DNA of 64,000 nt from NCBI GenBank assembly GCA_964576615.1, contig CAZNUU010000001.1, positions 164,226 through 228,225 of the forward strand, written 5' to 3'. The stretch is from an uncultured Candidatus Saccharibacteria bacterium. Lineage in GTDB: Bacteria > Patescibacteriota > Minisyncoccia > Phycocordibacterales > DATDWN01. The notes under the pieces are model-generated. The model ran no database searches. It worked only from the letters and a program-made list of their open reading frames with translations, and was not told where the DNA came from. Made by a program: the position numbers and the translations under genes. Below, one piece after another: positions 45,506-54,404 of this stretch (position 1 is the stretch's first letter; every line of letters begins with the position of its first letter).

Positions 45506-45859
45506 TTATGGCCCAAATATACCGCTAAAATCACCGCCTGGTCTTATACCTAGAGCATCACCTATTGCAAACAATATTCCGTATATAGCAACGAATACAA
45601 ATAGAGCGACAATCCCCCAGATAATCTTATTTTTACCGTCCTCTCTGGTCTTATCGTTACCGGCATCATTTAAGATAAACTGGGCCAAGCCCCAGAAGAA
45701 GTAGACTATCGAGAGGCCAAAAAGAATCGGAACTATGCTCGATAGAATTTGCATTATTTCTTGGAGCAACCCCTTTATTCCATTTAATTGGGCAAAAGCT
45801 AAATTAGGTAACAAGACTAATAATGTATATTTTATTTTTTTCATATTTTTATGGACCAC
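45506..45859 (-). CDS. VirB2/TrbC-like pilin-family small membrane protein, paralog C.
   Basis: Signal peptide …NLAFA; VPILFGLSIVYFFWGLAQFIL ... IIWGIVALFVFVAIYGIL. Confidence 0.45.
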   Translation of the reverse strand: MVHKNMKKIKYTLLVLLPNLAFAQLNGIKGLLQEIMQILSSIVPILFGLSIVYFFWGLAQFILNDAGNDKTREDGKNKIIWGIVALFVFVAIYGILFAIGDALGIRPGGDFSGIFGP

Positions 45860-46202
45860 CTTTTAAATATGGTATGGCTGAGGCGGGACCAAAGCCAAGG
45901 TCACTTGCAATAAAACTGGTAATTGTTCTGAAAGTGAGAAGAATGAATAATGCCAAGATACCCCAAAGCATGTAGCTTTTACCCTTTTCTATATTTTCAT
46001 GACTATCCGAGTGGAGAATAAATTTGGAGAGCCCCCAAAAGAAAACAATGAAGGCAAGCGAAAAAAGAACAGGAACTAGAAGACCAATGGCACTAACAAT
46101 ATATTTTATTGTAGCCCCCAGAGTAGTGGAAAATAAGGAAAAAGCAAAAACTGGAATTGGACACAGAATCAAGAAAACAATTATAGATCTTATTTTTTTC
46201 AT
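45849..46202 (-). CDS. VirB2/TrbC-like pilin-family small membrane protein, paralog D.
   Basis: Signal peptide …VFAFS; VPVLFSLAFIVFFWGLSKFIL ... YMLWGILALFILLTF. Confidence 0.45.
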   Translation of the reverse strand: MKKIRSIIVFLILCPIPVFAFSLFSTTLGATIKYIVSAIGLLVPVLFSLAFIVFFWGLSKFILHSDSHENIEKGKSYMLWGILALFILLTFRTITSFIASDLGFGPASAIPYLKGGP

Positions 46203-46203
46203 G

Positions 46204-46581
46204 CTATGGACAAGGGAAGGAACCCGTTGCTACCACACTACAGACTGTACTCTGGATAACGAGTGAGATGCCAGCTGCCCCAAGAAGAATACCCGCACCA
46301 ACTAGTGCCCATAGTAGCCTCTGATGTGCTTCTTCTATTTTTTTTGGATTGCCTTGCGCAGTTAGATAAGTAAAACCTGCCCAGATAATCCAAAGTACGA
46401 CGACGATAGCGGCAACCGGCATTACAATCTTGTTCAAAATAACAGAAAGGAGCTGGGGTAAGGTATTTGCGCCACTTAGCGGGTTCGGAATAGAGGTGCC
46501 AGATCCTATTGTTTGAGCATATAAAACACCCGGTAAAAGATAGGCAAGATATTTAGTTTTTGTGAGAAGTTTCATACTCAA
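46204..46581 (-). CDS. VirB2/TrbC-like pilin-family small membrane protein, paralog E (C-terminal Cys pair).
   Basis: Signal peptide …VLYAQ; IVMPVAAIVVVLWIIWAGFTYL ... LLWALVGAGILLGAAG; ends CSVVATGSFPCP. Confidence 0.4.
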   Translation of the reverse strand: MSMKLLTKTKYLAYLLPGVLYAQTIGSGTSIPNPLSGANTLPQLLSVILNKIVMPVAAIVVVLWIIWAGFTYLTAQGNPKKIEEAHQRLLWALVGAGILLGAAGISLVIQSTVCSVVATGSFPCP

Positions 46582-46583
46582 TA

Positions 46584-47036
46584 TTATATTAAATTTGGAA
46601 TACTGCTGTTAAGTAAAGTTGAGGTGATTAAGTGGACAATGAGCCAAGCACCAAGGATAACCGCTATACCAATTGCACACTTAAGAAGTGTCTGGTTTGC
46701 CTCCGATCTTTTGCCGGGATTGGGACCTGAGATCATATACTTCCAGCCCGCAAAGGCAATCACAATCACAGTAAACAAAAGTGCAGTGACTGTTCCAAAG
46801 TTAACAATATTTATTACTTCCGGAATGAGATCTTTGTAAAAATCACAATCACCTGCTCTGCCTGTACTACCCCCCGTGCATTCCCAAACGATGCCAGTCT
46901 TACCACCAGAGCCTGCAGCCTGAGCATGAATTGTAAAAGGCAGAACAAAAAGAAATAATGTCGGAATAATTAGGAGAAAGAATGAAAAAATTTTTCTATT
47001 TAAAAACATACTACTGTATTTGGCTATTAAGTTCAT
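46584..47036 (-). CDS. VirB2/TrbC-like pilin-family small membrane protein, paralog F (Cys pair after the signal peptide).
   Basis: Signal peptide …TIHAQA; VWECTGGSTGRAGDCDF; TVTALLFTVIVIAFAGWKYM ... LLKCAIGIAVILGAWL. Confidence 0.4.
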   Translation of the reverse strand: MNLIAKYSSMFLNRKIFSFFLLIIPTLFLFVLPFTIHAQAAGSGGKTGIVWECTGGSTGRAGDCDFYKDLIPEVINIVNFGTVTALLFTVIVIAFAGWKYMISGPNPGKRSEANQTLLKCAIGIAVILGAWLIVHLITSTLLNSSIPNLI

Positions 47037-48300
47037 CGTTAGCTCTTTCTAGGGCTTCAGTTGAGCGTAAGTTTCCGCTTGTTACTCCCTCAATCATATC
47101 ACGGAAGGTATTCGAACTTGCCTTCGGATCTGGATCAAGCCAAGATTTTGAAATTAGAGCTGAGTTATAGAAAACAACTTTGAAGGCATCTGAGGGTCTA
47201 CTCGCCAAGAGGTCCCGACGAACCGGTGGTAAGTTAGTAATAGGTGCAAGAGCATTGATAGCCGCTGGCTCTATCAAAGCAAGAACAGCAGTGTAGGCAC
47301 CAGCAAGTTGTTTTGACTGCTTCACAATAGATAGAGAATAAATATGAGCATAGACAGTTTGTCTTTCCGCATCTCTGATCTGAGGTACAACCGATACATC
47401 AAAATTTAAATTAGGATTTTTTTGCTGAATGCCAAATATTTCACTAGCAAAACCTATGTACATCGACAATTTACCTGACAAAAAGAATGTAAGTGAGTTA
47501 GGCAGCGATCTGTTCCAGGTGTAGTTCGGAGATGTTGGGTTAGAGAATTGGGTGTAGAAATTTAGAGCGGATTGGCCAGGCCTAACTGGATAATTGAACT
47601 GAGCAGTAAGTTGTGACTTCACCCCATCCTTGGTTCTAGCTACGATAGGCGTCCCGGCCTGAAGCAAAAGCGTCGCAAAAACTTCTTTGGAATTAAGAAT
47701 ATTTCGCCACTCACCTAAGGCAATGGTTGAAGTCAGCACGTTTCCAGATGTGTCTTTGCGAGTTATTTTATCTAGCATAGGTGTAATCTCATCCCAATAT
47801 TTTGGCGATTGCGAAATGAGAGCATTTGAAAACATATCCCTATTCCAATACATCACCATTGGATCAACCATAAAAGGCAGAGCTAAAACTCCTTCGGGGG
47901 TAAGATATAGTTCCCCACCCTCAATAAAAGTATCCTTGAATGTTCTCTCAGAATAATTAGCAAAAGGTATGACAAAGAGCTTGTTTCTTTCTTTATACAA
48001 ATATTCATCTCGTAAAATAACAATATCTGGACCACTGCCTTCGGCTAGTGCTTCCGTAAATTCAGCATCAAAAGTTGTGGGGTCTTTCTCCACGTACTCA
48101 ACTTTGATGGTTTTACTATGTGCGACCGAAGAAGCAATATATGCTGCGTGAAACTGATCAGCAGAAATCGGCCCCCAGATTACCAGGTTTGACTCCCCTG
48201 TTGATCCCACTTTGGAAATAGCAAAAAGAACAATCCCAATAACCATACTCAAGACAAAGACTGCAATCACGACTATTTTAAATGTACTGGTTTCGTTCAT
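47011..48300 (-). CDS. membrane-anchored extracellular solute-binding protein (ABC-type SBP family 1-like), orphan.
   Basis: N-terminal TM anchor, then two-lobe periplasmic binding fold (…IVILRDEYL..., WNRDMF...); its 3' end overlaps paralog F. Confidence 0.55.
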   Translation of the reverse strand: MNETSTFKIVVIAVFVLSMVIGIVLFAISKVGSTGESNLVIWGPISADQFHAAYIASSVAHSKTIKVEYVEKDPTTFDAEFTEALAEGSGPDIVILRDEYLYKERNKLFVIPFANYSERTFKDTFIEGGELYLTPEGVLALPFMVDPMVMYWNRDMFSNALISQSPKYWDEITPMLDKITRKDTSGNVLTSTIALGEWRNILNSKEVFATLLLQAGTPIVARTKDGVKSQLTAQFNYPVRPGQSALNFYTQFSNPTSPNYTWNRSLPNSLTFFLSGKLSMYIGFASEIFGIQQKNPNLNFDVSVVPQIRDAERQTVYAHIYSLSIVKQSKQLAGAYTAVLALIEPAAINALAPITNLPPVRRDLLASRPSDAFKVVFYNSALISKSWLDPDPKASSNTFRDMIEGVTSGNLRSTEALERANDELNSQIQ

Positions 48301-48824
48301 AACTTCTTAAAAATTATTCCATAATGATGGCTACCGGCCGAGATCTCTTTGTCCTGACTAAATCCAACTTTTTCAAACATTTCTTTAACCACATTTTTCT
48401 TGACGACACTTTCCGGTTTTGGACCAATCCCTCCGAATGAATCCGTCCACTCCACCAAAAGCACTCTGCCACCAGGTTTTAGAATTCTTTTAGCTTCATT
48501 TATTGTCTCGTTTTTTTTCTCCAGTTGAAAAAGTAGATTACATATTAAAACGAGGTCAACCGATCCATCTCGCAGTTTGGTGCCGTTTGGCTTTTCCACA
48601 TCACCCCAGATAACTTCAACATTATATAGACCCTCGTGAACGGCGGAATTTTTTAATTTAGAAAGAAGATCCTTTTGAATATCTACGGAATAGACACGTC
48701 CCGTAGACATAAGAGCCTTGGCCACCTGGAAACTATAAGAACCAGAGCCTGAGCCGAAGTCAGCAATGTCCATCCCAGGCTGTATTCCAGATTGCTCAAT
48801 AATTCTGACAGGGTCAGAGAACAT
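48297..48824 (-). CDS. class I SAM-dependent methyltransferase.
   Basis: Motif I DIADFGSGSGSYSF, followed by VYSVDIQ and LLVEW. Confidence 0.7.
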   Translation of the reverse strand: MFSDPVRIIEQSGIQPGMDIADFGSGSGSYSFQVAKALMSTGRVYSVDIQKDLLSKLKNSAVHEGLYNVEVIWGDVEKPNGTKLRDGSVDLVLICNLLFQLEKKNETINEAKRILKPGGRVLLVEWTDSFGGIGPKPESVVKKNVVKEMFEKVGFSQDKEISAGSHHYGIIFKKL

Positions 48825-48923
48825 ACCTTTATTATATGATTAAAAAATTGCTATCGCACTTAGGTTTTCAACATAAACACGAAGGCTCCACACTTATGAA
48901 GCTGTGAAGCTTCGTGTAGAGCC

Positions 48924-49352
48924 TTACCTATCGCAACTGACGATGACACCGGCACTTCTCTTTTCGCCGACGAAGGCCTGACAGGTGATAGAGACCCCGT
49001 CTACCTTTATCGTAAGAAGTATCATGTTGACAACTCCGCCGGGGCGACGCTTGCCTTTGACCCTCTGCCACCTTTCGTTGATGGGAACATCCAGAGCTTT
49101 GTCGAAGTCGTGGTACGAGACCTCGACGGCGTCGAGACCACGGTGGACATGGTCATCCAGAATCTCGAATCCGCCCTGACCATCGTTTCGAACGATGACC
49201 AATTCACGTGAGAATTCGATCGCAACCATGTTACCGGCAGCGATTGAACCCATCGAATCCGACGTGTACACGAAGCTTTTGGTCGAGTCCGTAGCAGGGC
49301 TCTCGATGCAGGCACTCATGGCCAGAACCAGAGATACAAGGATCAATCTCAT
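48924..49352 (-). CDS. putative lipoprotein, strongly GC-rich islet.
   Basis: Signal peptide with lipobox-like LAMSAC; a beta-rich body. Confidence 0.35.
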   Translation of the reverse strand: MRLILVSLVLAMSACIESPATDSTKSFVYTSDSMGSIAAGNMVAIEFSRELVIVRNDGQGGFEILDDHVHRGLDAVEVSYHDFDKALDVPINERWQRVKGKRRPGGVVNMILLTIKVDGVSITCQAFVGEKRSAGVIVSCDR

Positions 49353-49423
49353 TGAAACCTCCTAGATAGATACTAACACAATAGTAACAATAAGTCAATA
49401 AAACTTTCAAATTTGAAAGTCTT

Positions 49424-51883
49424 CTATAAGCAAATAAGTGAAGCAATCCTATCTCCCTCTCGCAATTTCATCACCCTAACTCCTTGAGTTTGTCTGCCGT
49501 GAACAGGAATCTCTTTGGCATCCACTCGGATAACTTGTGATTTCTTGGAGATGGCCACAATTTCACCCTGACCTTCTGCAAAAACTTTGGCAGAAATCAA
49601 ATCCCCTGTCTTTGCATTAACCTTAGCTGTTTTTATGCCAGAACCACCTCTGTTTTGAACCTTATACTCATCAATATCAGTGCACTTACCATAACCATTT
49701 GCGGAAATAACCATGATGCTGGCGTTGTTCAATTCATTTGGCACAACTTCAGCGGAAATTACTTGATCACCTTTTTTAAGTTTTATTGCCCAAACTCCCA
49801 TAGCCGTCCTGCCCATTTCCCGAATATCAGATTCCTTAAAATGAATTGACTGACCTTTGGCTGTTACTACCATAACTGTGTCTTTCTTTCTTACAATGTT
49901 CGCCGAGATCAGAGCATCACCCTCTTCCAGTTTAATCGCAATGATTCCAGAAATTCTTACGTCTTCAAAACTTTTTGTAGCGACTTTTTTGGATACGCCA
50001 TTTTTTGTAACCATCATGACAGAACTTTCGGAACCCTTAACTTGTTTTGGCACAGGCAAAATTGAGGTAATCTTCTCTTCCCCTGAAAGTGGCAAGAAAT
50101 TCACGATGGATTTCCCTTTTGTTGCCCGACGACCCTCTGGAATGTCGTACATTTTGGTTTGATAAACTTTGCCTTTGTTTGTGAAAAAGAGTAGATCCGA
50201 GTGAGTGGAAGCAATAAGTAGATTGGTCACAAAGTCCTCCTCTTTTGTATCAAGGTCAACGACACCAACTCCTCCTCTTTTTTGTTTCCTAAACTCATCC
50301 GGATTTGTTCTCTTTATATAACCTCCCGCTGTAAGAACTAATGCATTTTCCTCATCGGGAATTAAATCCTCTTGGGATAGAATTGTTGCTCCACCTTTTA
50401 CAATTTTTGTCCTTCTTTCATCACCATATTTTTCTTTTATTTCCTCCGATTCTTTCTTTATGATACTTAAAATTTTCTTAGGTGAAGAAAGGATAGATTT
50501 CATTTCTTCGATAAATTCTTGAACAGTTTTTAGCTCATCCTCAATTTTCTTTCTCTCGAGTCCCGCCAAACGTGAAAGTTTCATCTCCAAAATAGCATTT
50601 GCTTGAATAGCTGAGAATTTAAACTGAGCCATGAGGTTTTTATGTGCCTCTGGAGTATCTTTGGAACTTTTTATGAGTTTAATAATCGCATCTATATGAT
50701 CAAGAGCTTTTTTGAGACCAAGTAAAATATGCTCTCTTTCTTCTGCCTTCCTTAAGTCATACTCTGACCTGCGTCTTATCACAGTCACTCTATGAGAGAC
50801 AAATTCCTCCAGGATGCCCTTAAGCGACATTGTCTCTGGTACTCCGTTAACTAAAGCCACCATGTTGTAATGAAATGTATCTTCCAGCTGAGTATGTTTA
50901 TAAAGATAATTTAAAACTGTCTGAGGATGCGCGGAAGATTTTAAGTCAATAACAATTCTAATGTCTTTGGCAGACTCGTCGCGCACATCTTTTATTTCTA
51001 TTTTCTTATCGCGATAAAGTTCGGCAATTTTAACCAGAAGATCTGCTTTGTTTACTCGAAATGGAATTGAGGAGATGACAATTTGGTAGTTTCCAGCTTT
51101 GTTTTCAACGATTTCAGCAACACCTCTGACAACCACAGGGCCCTTGCCGTTGGCATAAGCATGATTTATATCTTTTTGGTTAAAGGCCACAGCTCCAATT
51201 GGGAAATCTGGCCCTTTAATAAACTGGAGCAGATCTTCGGTTGCAGCATCCTTGTTGTCCGCCATGTGAATCACAGCATCCATCACTTCATTTAGGTTGT
51301 GAGGTGGAATATTAGTTGCCATTCCAACGGCAATGCCCAATGTCCCATTCAAAAGCAAGTTCGGCACAGCAGTCGGCAAAACTTTTGGCTCTTTTTTCGT
51401 GCCGTCGTAGTTTGGAATAAAATCAACAGTCTCTTTTTCAATATCACGTAAAAGTTCCGCGGCAAGTTTGGACATTTTTGCTTCGGTGTATCTGTAAGCG
51501 GCAGCATTATCACCATCAATTGATCCGAAGTTTCCTTGGCCAGTAATTAACGGATAGCGCATGGTAAAGTCCTGGGCCATTTTTACCATCGAGTCGTAAA
51601 CGGCCACATCACCATGAGGATGGTAATCTCCAATCACCGCTCCCACGACTGTTGCAGACTTTCTGGTCTTGGCTCCAGAAGTTAAACCTTCCTGATGCAT
51701 GGCATAAAGAATTCTGCGGTGCACTGGTTTTAGACCATCTCGCACATCTGGAAGCGCACGGTCAGTAATCACCGACATCGCATAGTCGATAAAAGAAGTC
51801 TTCATTTCGTCCGTAATTTCCTGCGAAATAACGTTCATTTGTATAGGTGATTTTATGCCCTCTTCTGTGTCCTTTTTAGCCAT
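49424..51883 (-). CDS. gyrA: DNA gyrase subunit A.
   Basis: [21 protein letters not shown], active-site [28 protein letters not shown], and C-terminal beta-pinwheel repeats. Confidence 0.95.
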   Translation of the reverse strand: MAKKDTEEGIKSPIQMNVISQEITDEMKTSFIDYAMSVITDRALPDVRDGLKPVHRRILYAMHQEGLTSGAKTRKSATVVGAVIGDYHPHGDVAVYDSMVKMAQDFTMRYPLITGQGNFGSIDGDNAAAYRYTEAKMSKLAAELLRDIEKETVDFIPNYDGTKKEPKVLPTAVPNLLLNGTLGIAVGMATNIPPHNLNEVMDAVIHMADNKDAATEDLLQFIKGPDFPIGAVAFNQKDINHAYANGKGPVVVRGVAEIVENKAGNYQIVISSIPFRVNKADLLVKIAELYRDKKIEIKDVRDESAKDIRIVIDLKSSAHPQTVLNYLYKHTQLEDTFHYNMVALVNGVPETMSLKGILEEFVSHRVTVIRRRSEYDLRKAEEREHILLGLKKALDHIDAIIKLIKSSKDTPEAHKNLMAQFKFSAIQANAILEMKLSRLAGLERKKIEDELKTVQEFIEEMKSILSSPKKILSIIKKESEEIKEKYGDERRTKIVKGGATILSQEDLIPDEENALVLTAGGYIKRTNPDEFRKQKRGGVGVVDLDTKEEDFVTNLLIASTHSDLLFFTNKGKVYQTKMYDIPEGRRATKGKSIVNFLPLSGEEKITSILPVPKQVKGSESSVMMVTKNGVSKKVATKSFEDVRISGIIAIKLEEGDALISANIVRKKDTVMVVTAKGQSIHFKESDIREMGRTAMGVWAIKLKKGDQVISAEVVPNELNNASIMVISANGYGKCTDIDEYKVQNRGGSGIKTAKVNAKTGDLISAKVFAEGQGEIVAISKKSQVIRVDAKEIPVHGRQTQGVRVMKLREGDRIASLICL

Positions 51884-51936
51884 ATTATTAGGTATATTTT
51901 AGCATATTCCAGCTTTTATTTCAAACGAAAAAATGG

Positions 51937-52287
51937 TTAATTTTGAGTGGTAGTACTAACGTCGTCCTTTGCAGGTATTTCAGGTGAAGAACTGGCCGAA
52001 TAATAAGTTGGCCCAGATGAGAAGGCAGTCATCGCTTCTTTTAATTTTTGATACTGGTCTTTTATGCCTGTCATACCCTGCGAGAAAAAACTTGTAAAGT
52101 TATCTGTGGGATTTGCTTGAATACTTGATATCTTACTTTGTTTCTCTTGGGTATCGACAAAATCAGGATAGATAACAGAGAGCCAAACCACAAAAATAAT
52201 TCCAGCAAAAGAAAAAGCTGTGAAAAAAGCGATCTGTTTTTTCACCCTTGCTGGTTTTTTTCTTATTTTATCTAAGAAGTTAAACAT
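51937..52287 (-). CDS. hypothetical membrane-anchored protein.
   Basis: 116 aa, N-terminal TM. Confidence 0.4.
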   Translation of the reverse strand: MFNFLDKIRKKPARVKKQIAFFTAFSFAGIIFVVWLSVIYPDFVDTQEKQSKISSIQANPTDNFTSFFSQGMTGIKDQYQKLKEAMTAFSSGPTYYSASSSPEIPAKDDVSTTTQN

Positions 52288-52456
52288 ATTGTTGAAAATG
52301 AAATTTTTTGAGCATTCGCAAACTTTTGTATCAGATAAAAATAATTTTTGAAGTCCGAAGCACGTGACCGTAGGGCGACCGAAGGGAGTCTGCGAAAGGA
52401 CAAAGAAAATTATTCATTATCTGTCAAAAGTTGAGGACGCGAAAAAAATTCCATTT

Positions 52457-53098
52457 TCATATTGCTTCAAGCACAACCACCTCCCCCTCCATCTCAGCAA
52501 TATCTTTTTTCTTTATGGTGAGCTTATCTAAAGCCTTGGTACCTTCTGCGCCTTCTTCTTTTAGAAATGTTTTGAGGGCGTTCTTGTCTCCAACTTCGCC
52601 ATAATGACTGGGGATAATAATCCCTGGCTCAAACTGAACCGCCAGCTTGTGCGCGGAGGAAGCATCCAGTACTCCATCACCACCAGTTGGCACAAATAGT
52701 ATATCAACACCATCAATAGCTTCTTTTGTCTCAGCTTTGAGCTCTTTTTCAGAGAGAGCTCCCAAAAAACACAGATTCATCCCCTCCAGCGAGACCGTAT
52801 ATATAGTATTGATATGCTCCTCTCCTCCATATTTGGACTTCGAGGGAATCCCTTTTATGAAAACATCCGAAACTTCATACTCACCCGGACCACTTATGAG
52901 AAATGATTCTTTGTCGCCTCGGGAAGTTGTTTCAGCCCCGTTGTGCTCAGGAGAATTTAAAGAGACCAGTGTAATGTCAGCACCAAATCTAGAATTTTTA
53001 AATTTAGAATCTTTCGAAACAGGATTGACCGCTATTGTGGTGTTGCCAAATGTAACCTTAAAATAATCCACTCCGTGATATGTGATAATCATGTCCAC
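52457..53098 (-). CDS. MBL-fold metallo-hydrolase.
   Basis: MIITYHGVDYFKVTFGNTTIAVNP... is a beta-lactamase-like fold start; conserved Asp/His positions. Confidence 0.6.
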   Translation of the reverse strand: MDMIITYHGVDYFKVTFGNTTIAVNPVSKDSKFKNSRFGADITLVSLNSPEHNGAETTSRGDKESFLISGPGEYEVSDVFIKGIPSKSKYGGEEHINTIYTVSLEGMNLCFLGALSEKELKAETKEAIDGVDILFVPTGGDGVLDASSAHKLAVQFEPGIIIPSHYGEVGDKNALKTFLKEEGAEGTKALDKLTIKKKDIAEMEGEVVVLEAI

Positions 53099-53164
53099 AG
53101 TTTATCAAGAAAAGTCTCGATGGCAAGGTTTGACAGAAAATTTCACTTAAGTATCATTGAACCC

Positions 53165-53483
53165 GGAAGGGGTAGGAAGAAAACAATAGTGATTCCCCAT
53201 GGGAAACCTGGGGCTTACAAAACAGCCCAAACCTGAGGCAAACCGGAGTAATCCGCGAGAACCGCAGGGGTTGTAGGATCCCGCAAAGTCCCGCTTCGTT
53301 TGGTAGGGACTAAGGAGTTACCAACCGGCTCGACCGGCTCCCGCGCGATACCTGAGTAATGATCTGTCACCGCATGCGGGGCAGAGGCATGAAACCACGT
53401 GACGAGGACAATTCGCACGTAAGGCTAAACTGACCCCCTTCCAGCTAATGCGGCGCGCAATGTGTGCGCCGTTTTCTTTTTTC
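53165..53483 (+). ncRNA. candidate GC-rich structured ncRNA with its own promoter and intrinsic terminator (family unknown).
   Basis: Promoter TTGACA-N16-TATCAT at 53130-53157. P1-like closure CCGGAAGGGG (53163) with CCCCTTCCAG (53434-43). Internal hairpins CCCCATGG-gaaa-CCTGGGG and GGGCT-uacaaaaca-GCCC. Terminator GGCGCGCA-atg-TGTGCGCC plus GTTTTCTTTTTTC (53452-53483). The string AAAGUCCCGCUUC...GUAGGGAC is weakly RNase-P-like. Confidence 0.35.
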
Positions 53484-53532
53484 TTTATTTAAAGTGTTTC
53501 AAATTCAATATTTGACATAATTATATAAATGT

Positions 53533-53775
53533 GTGAGTATTGACCATAGAGAGGAGATGCTGATGGCCAAGGAAGATCGTGGTTTTGCGTCGATGGATTC
53601 GAAGAAGCAGCGAGAAATCGCGAGCAAAGGTGGGAGAGCGGCACACGAGAAAGGTACCGCCCACGAGTGGGACGCGAACGAAGCTCGTGAAGCAGGTCGC
53701 AAAGGCGGCCACGAAACCCAGAAACGTCGGAAAAAGCAGGGTCTACCAGCGTGGATCAGGAAGAAGAAAAAATAA
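53533..53775 (+). CDS. KGG-repeat general stress protein (YciG-like), GC-rich.
   Basis: ASKGGRAAHEKG...AGRKGGHETQKRR are KGG motifs; terminator at 53788-53819. Confidence 0.5.
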   Translation: MSIDHREEMLMAKEDRGFASMDSKKQREIASKGGRAAHEKGTAHEWDANEAREAGRKGGHETQKRRKKQGLPAWIRKKKK

Positions 53776-53966
53776 GTTCGGTACCGAGGCGGCGTGCAAC
53801 GTGCGCGCCGCTTTTGTTTGCACAAATACCTATGACTTAGAACCAACGACACTAATGCTACAATATACTGTAGCATTAGAGATAATGACTTTTTATAAAT
53901 GAAGTCGAATATATTAAAACAAGAAAAGGTTCGACTCGGAGAGCGTCTAACCCCCCTTGTCGAACC

Positions 53967-54293
53967 TTACTTTTTCGAAAACTTCACGTGTCGGAACTCC
54001 TCACTCCGGAATCGGCCGATGTCCGATTCGGAGATCCCCTCTTGTTTCATTGCCTCTTCGAGGGCGGACCCCTTGGCAAGGCTTCGGCTGAAGAAGCCTG
54101 AGAGCTCGTCGAGGGAAACTTCCTCGCCGGCGAGGACCTTCTTCGCCGTTCTTGCCTGGGTCCGCCGATCTGCCTCTTGAGCCTTCTTCAGCCCCGGAAC
54201 GGCGATCGCTGCGATGATTCCGACAAACAGGATGACGATGAGAAACTCGATCAGGGTGAATCCTTTGATCGAACGCGCACGAGAAACTGTCAT
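53967..54293 (-). CDS. type IV pilin/pseudopilin-like protein (prepilin N-terminal methylation motif), GC-rich.
   Basis: MTVSRARSIKG|FTLIEFLIVILFVGIIAAIAVP is a class III signal peptide; GGAGG RBS before this Met; terminator hairpin AGGTTCGAC...GTCGAACCT downstream. Confidence 0.5.
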   Translation of the reverse strand: MTVSRARSIKGFTLIEFLIVILFVGIIAAIAVPGLKKAQEADRRTQARTAKKVLAGEEVSLDELSGFFSRSLAKGSALEEAMKQEGISESDIGRFRSEEFRHVKFSKK

Positions 54294-54404
54294 CTCAACC
54301 TCCTCCACCTTTATACCACCAGTATTTAATATGTCAAGCTATCCAAACTTCCTCATTTTTGTATACTTAAAGCCGTATTTTATTAGCCACTATATACGCT
54401 AAAT

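Noticed and set aside
53165-53483. TPP riboswitch or tmRNA identity for the 53.2 kb structured RNA.
   Set aside because: Has ACCUGAGG...UAAUCCGCGAG but lacks the CUGAGA/P3 element of TPP. There is no T-arm for tmRNA.
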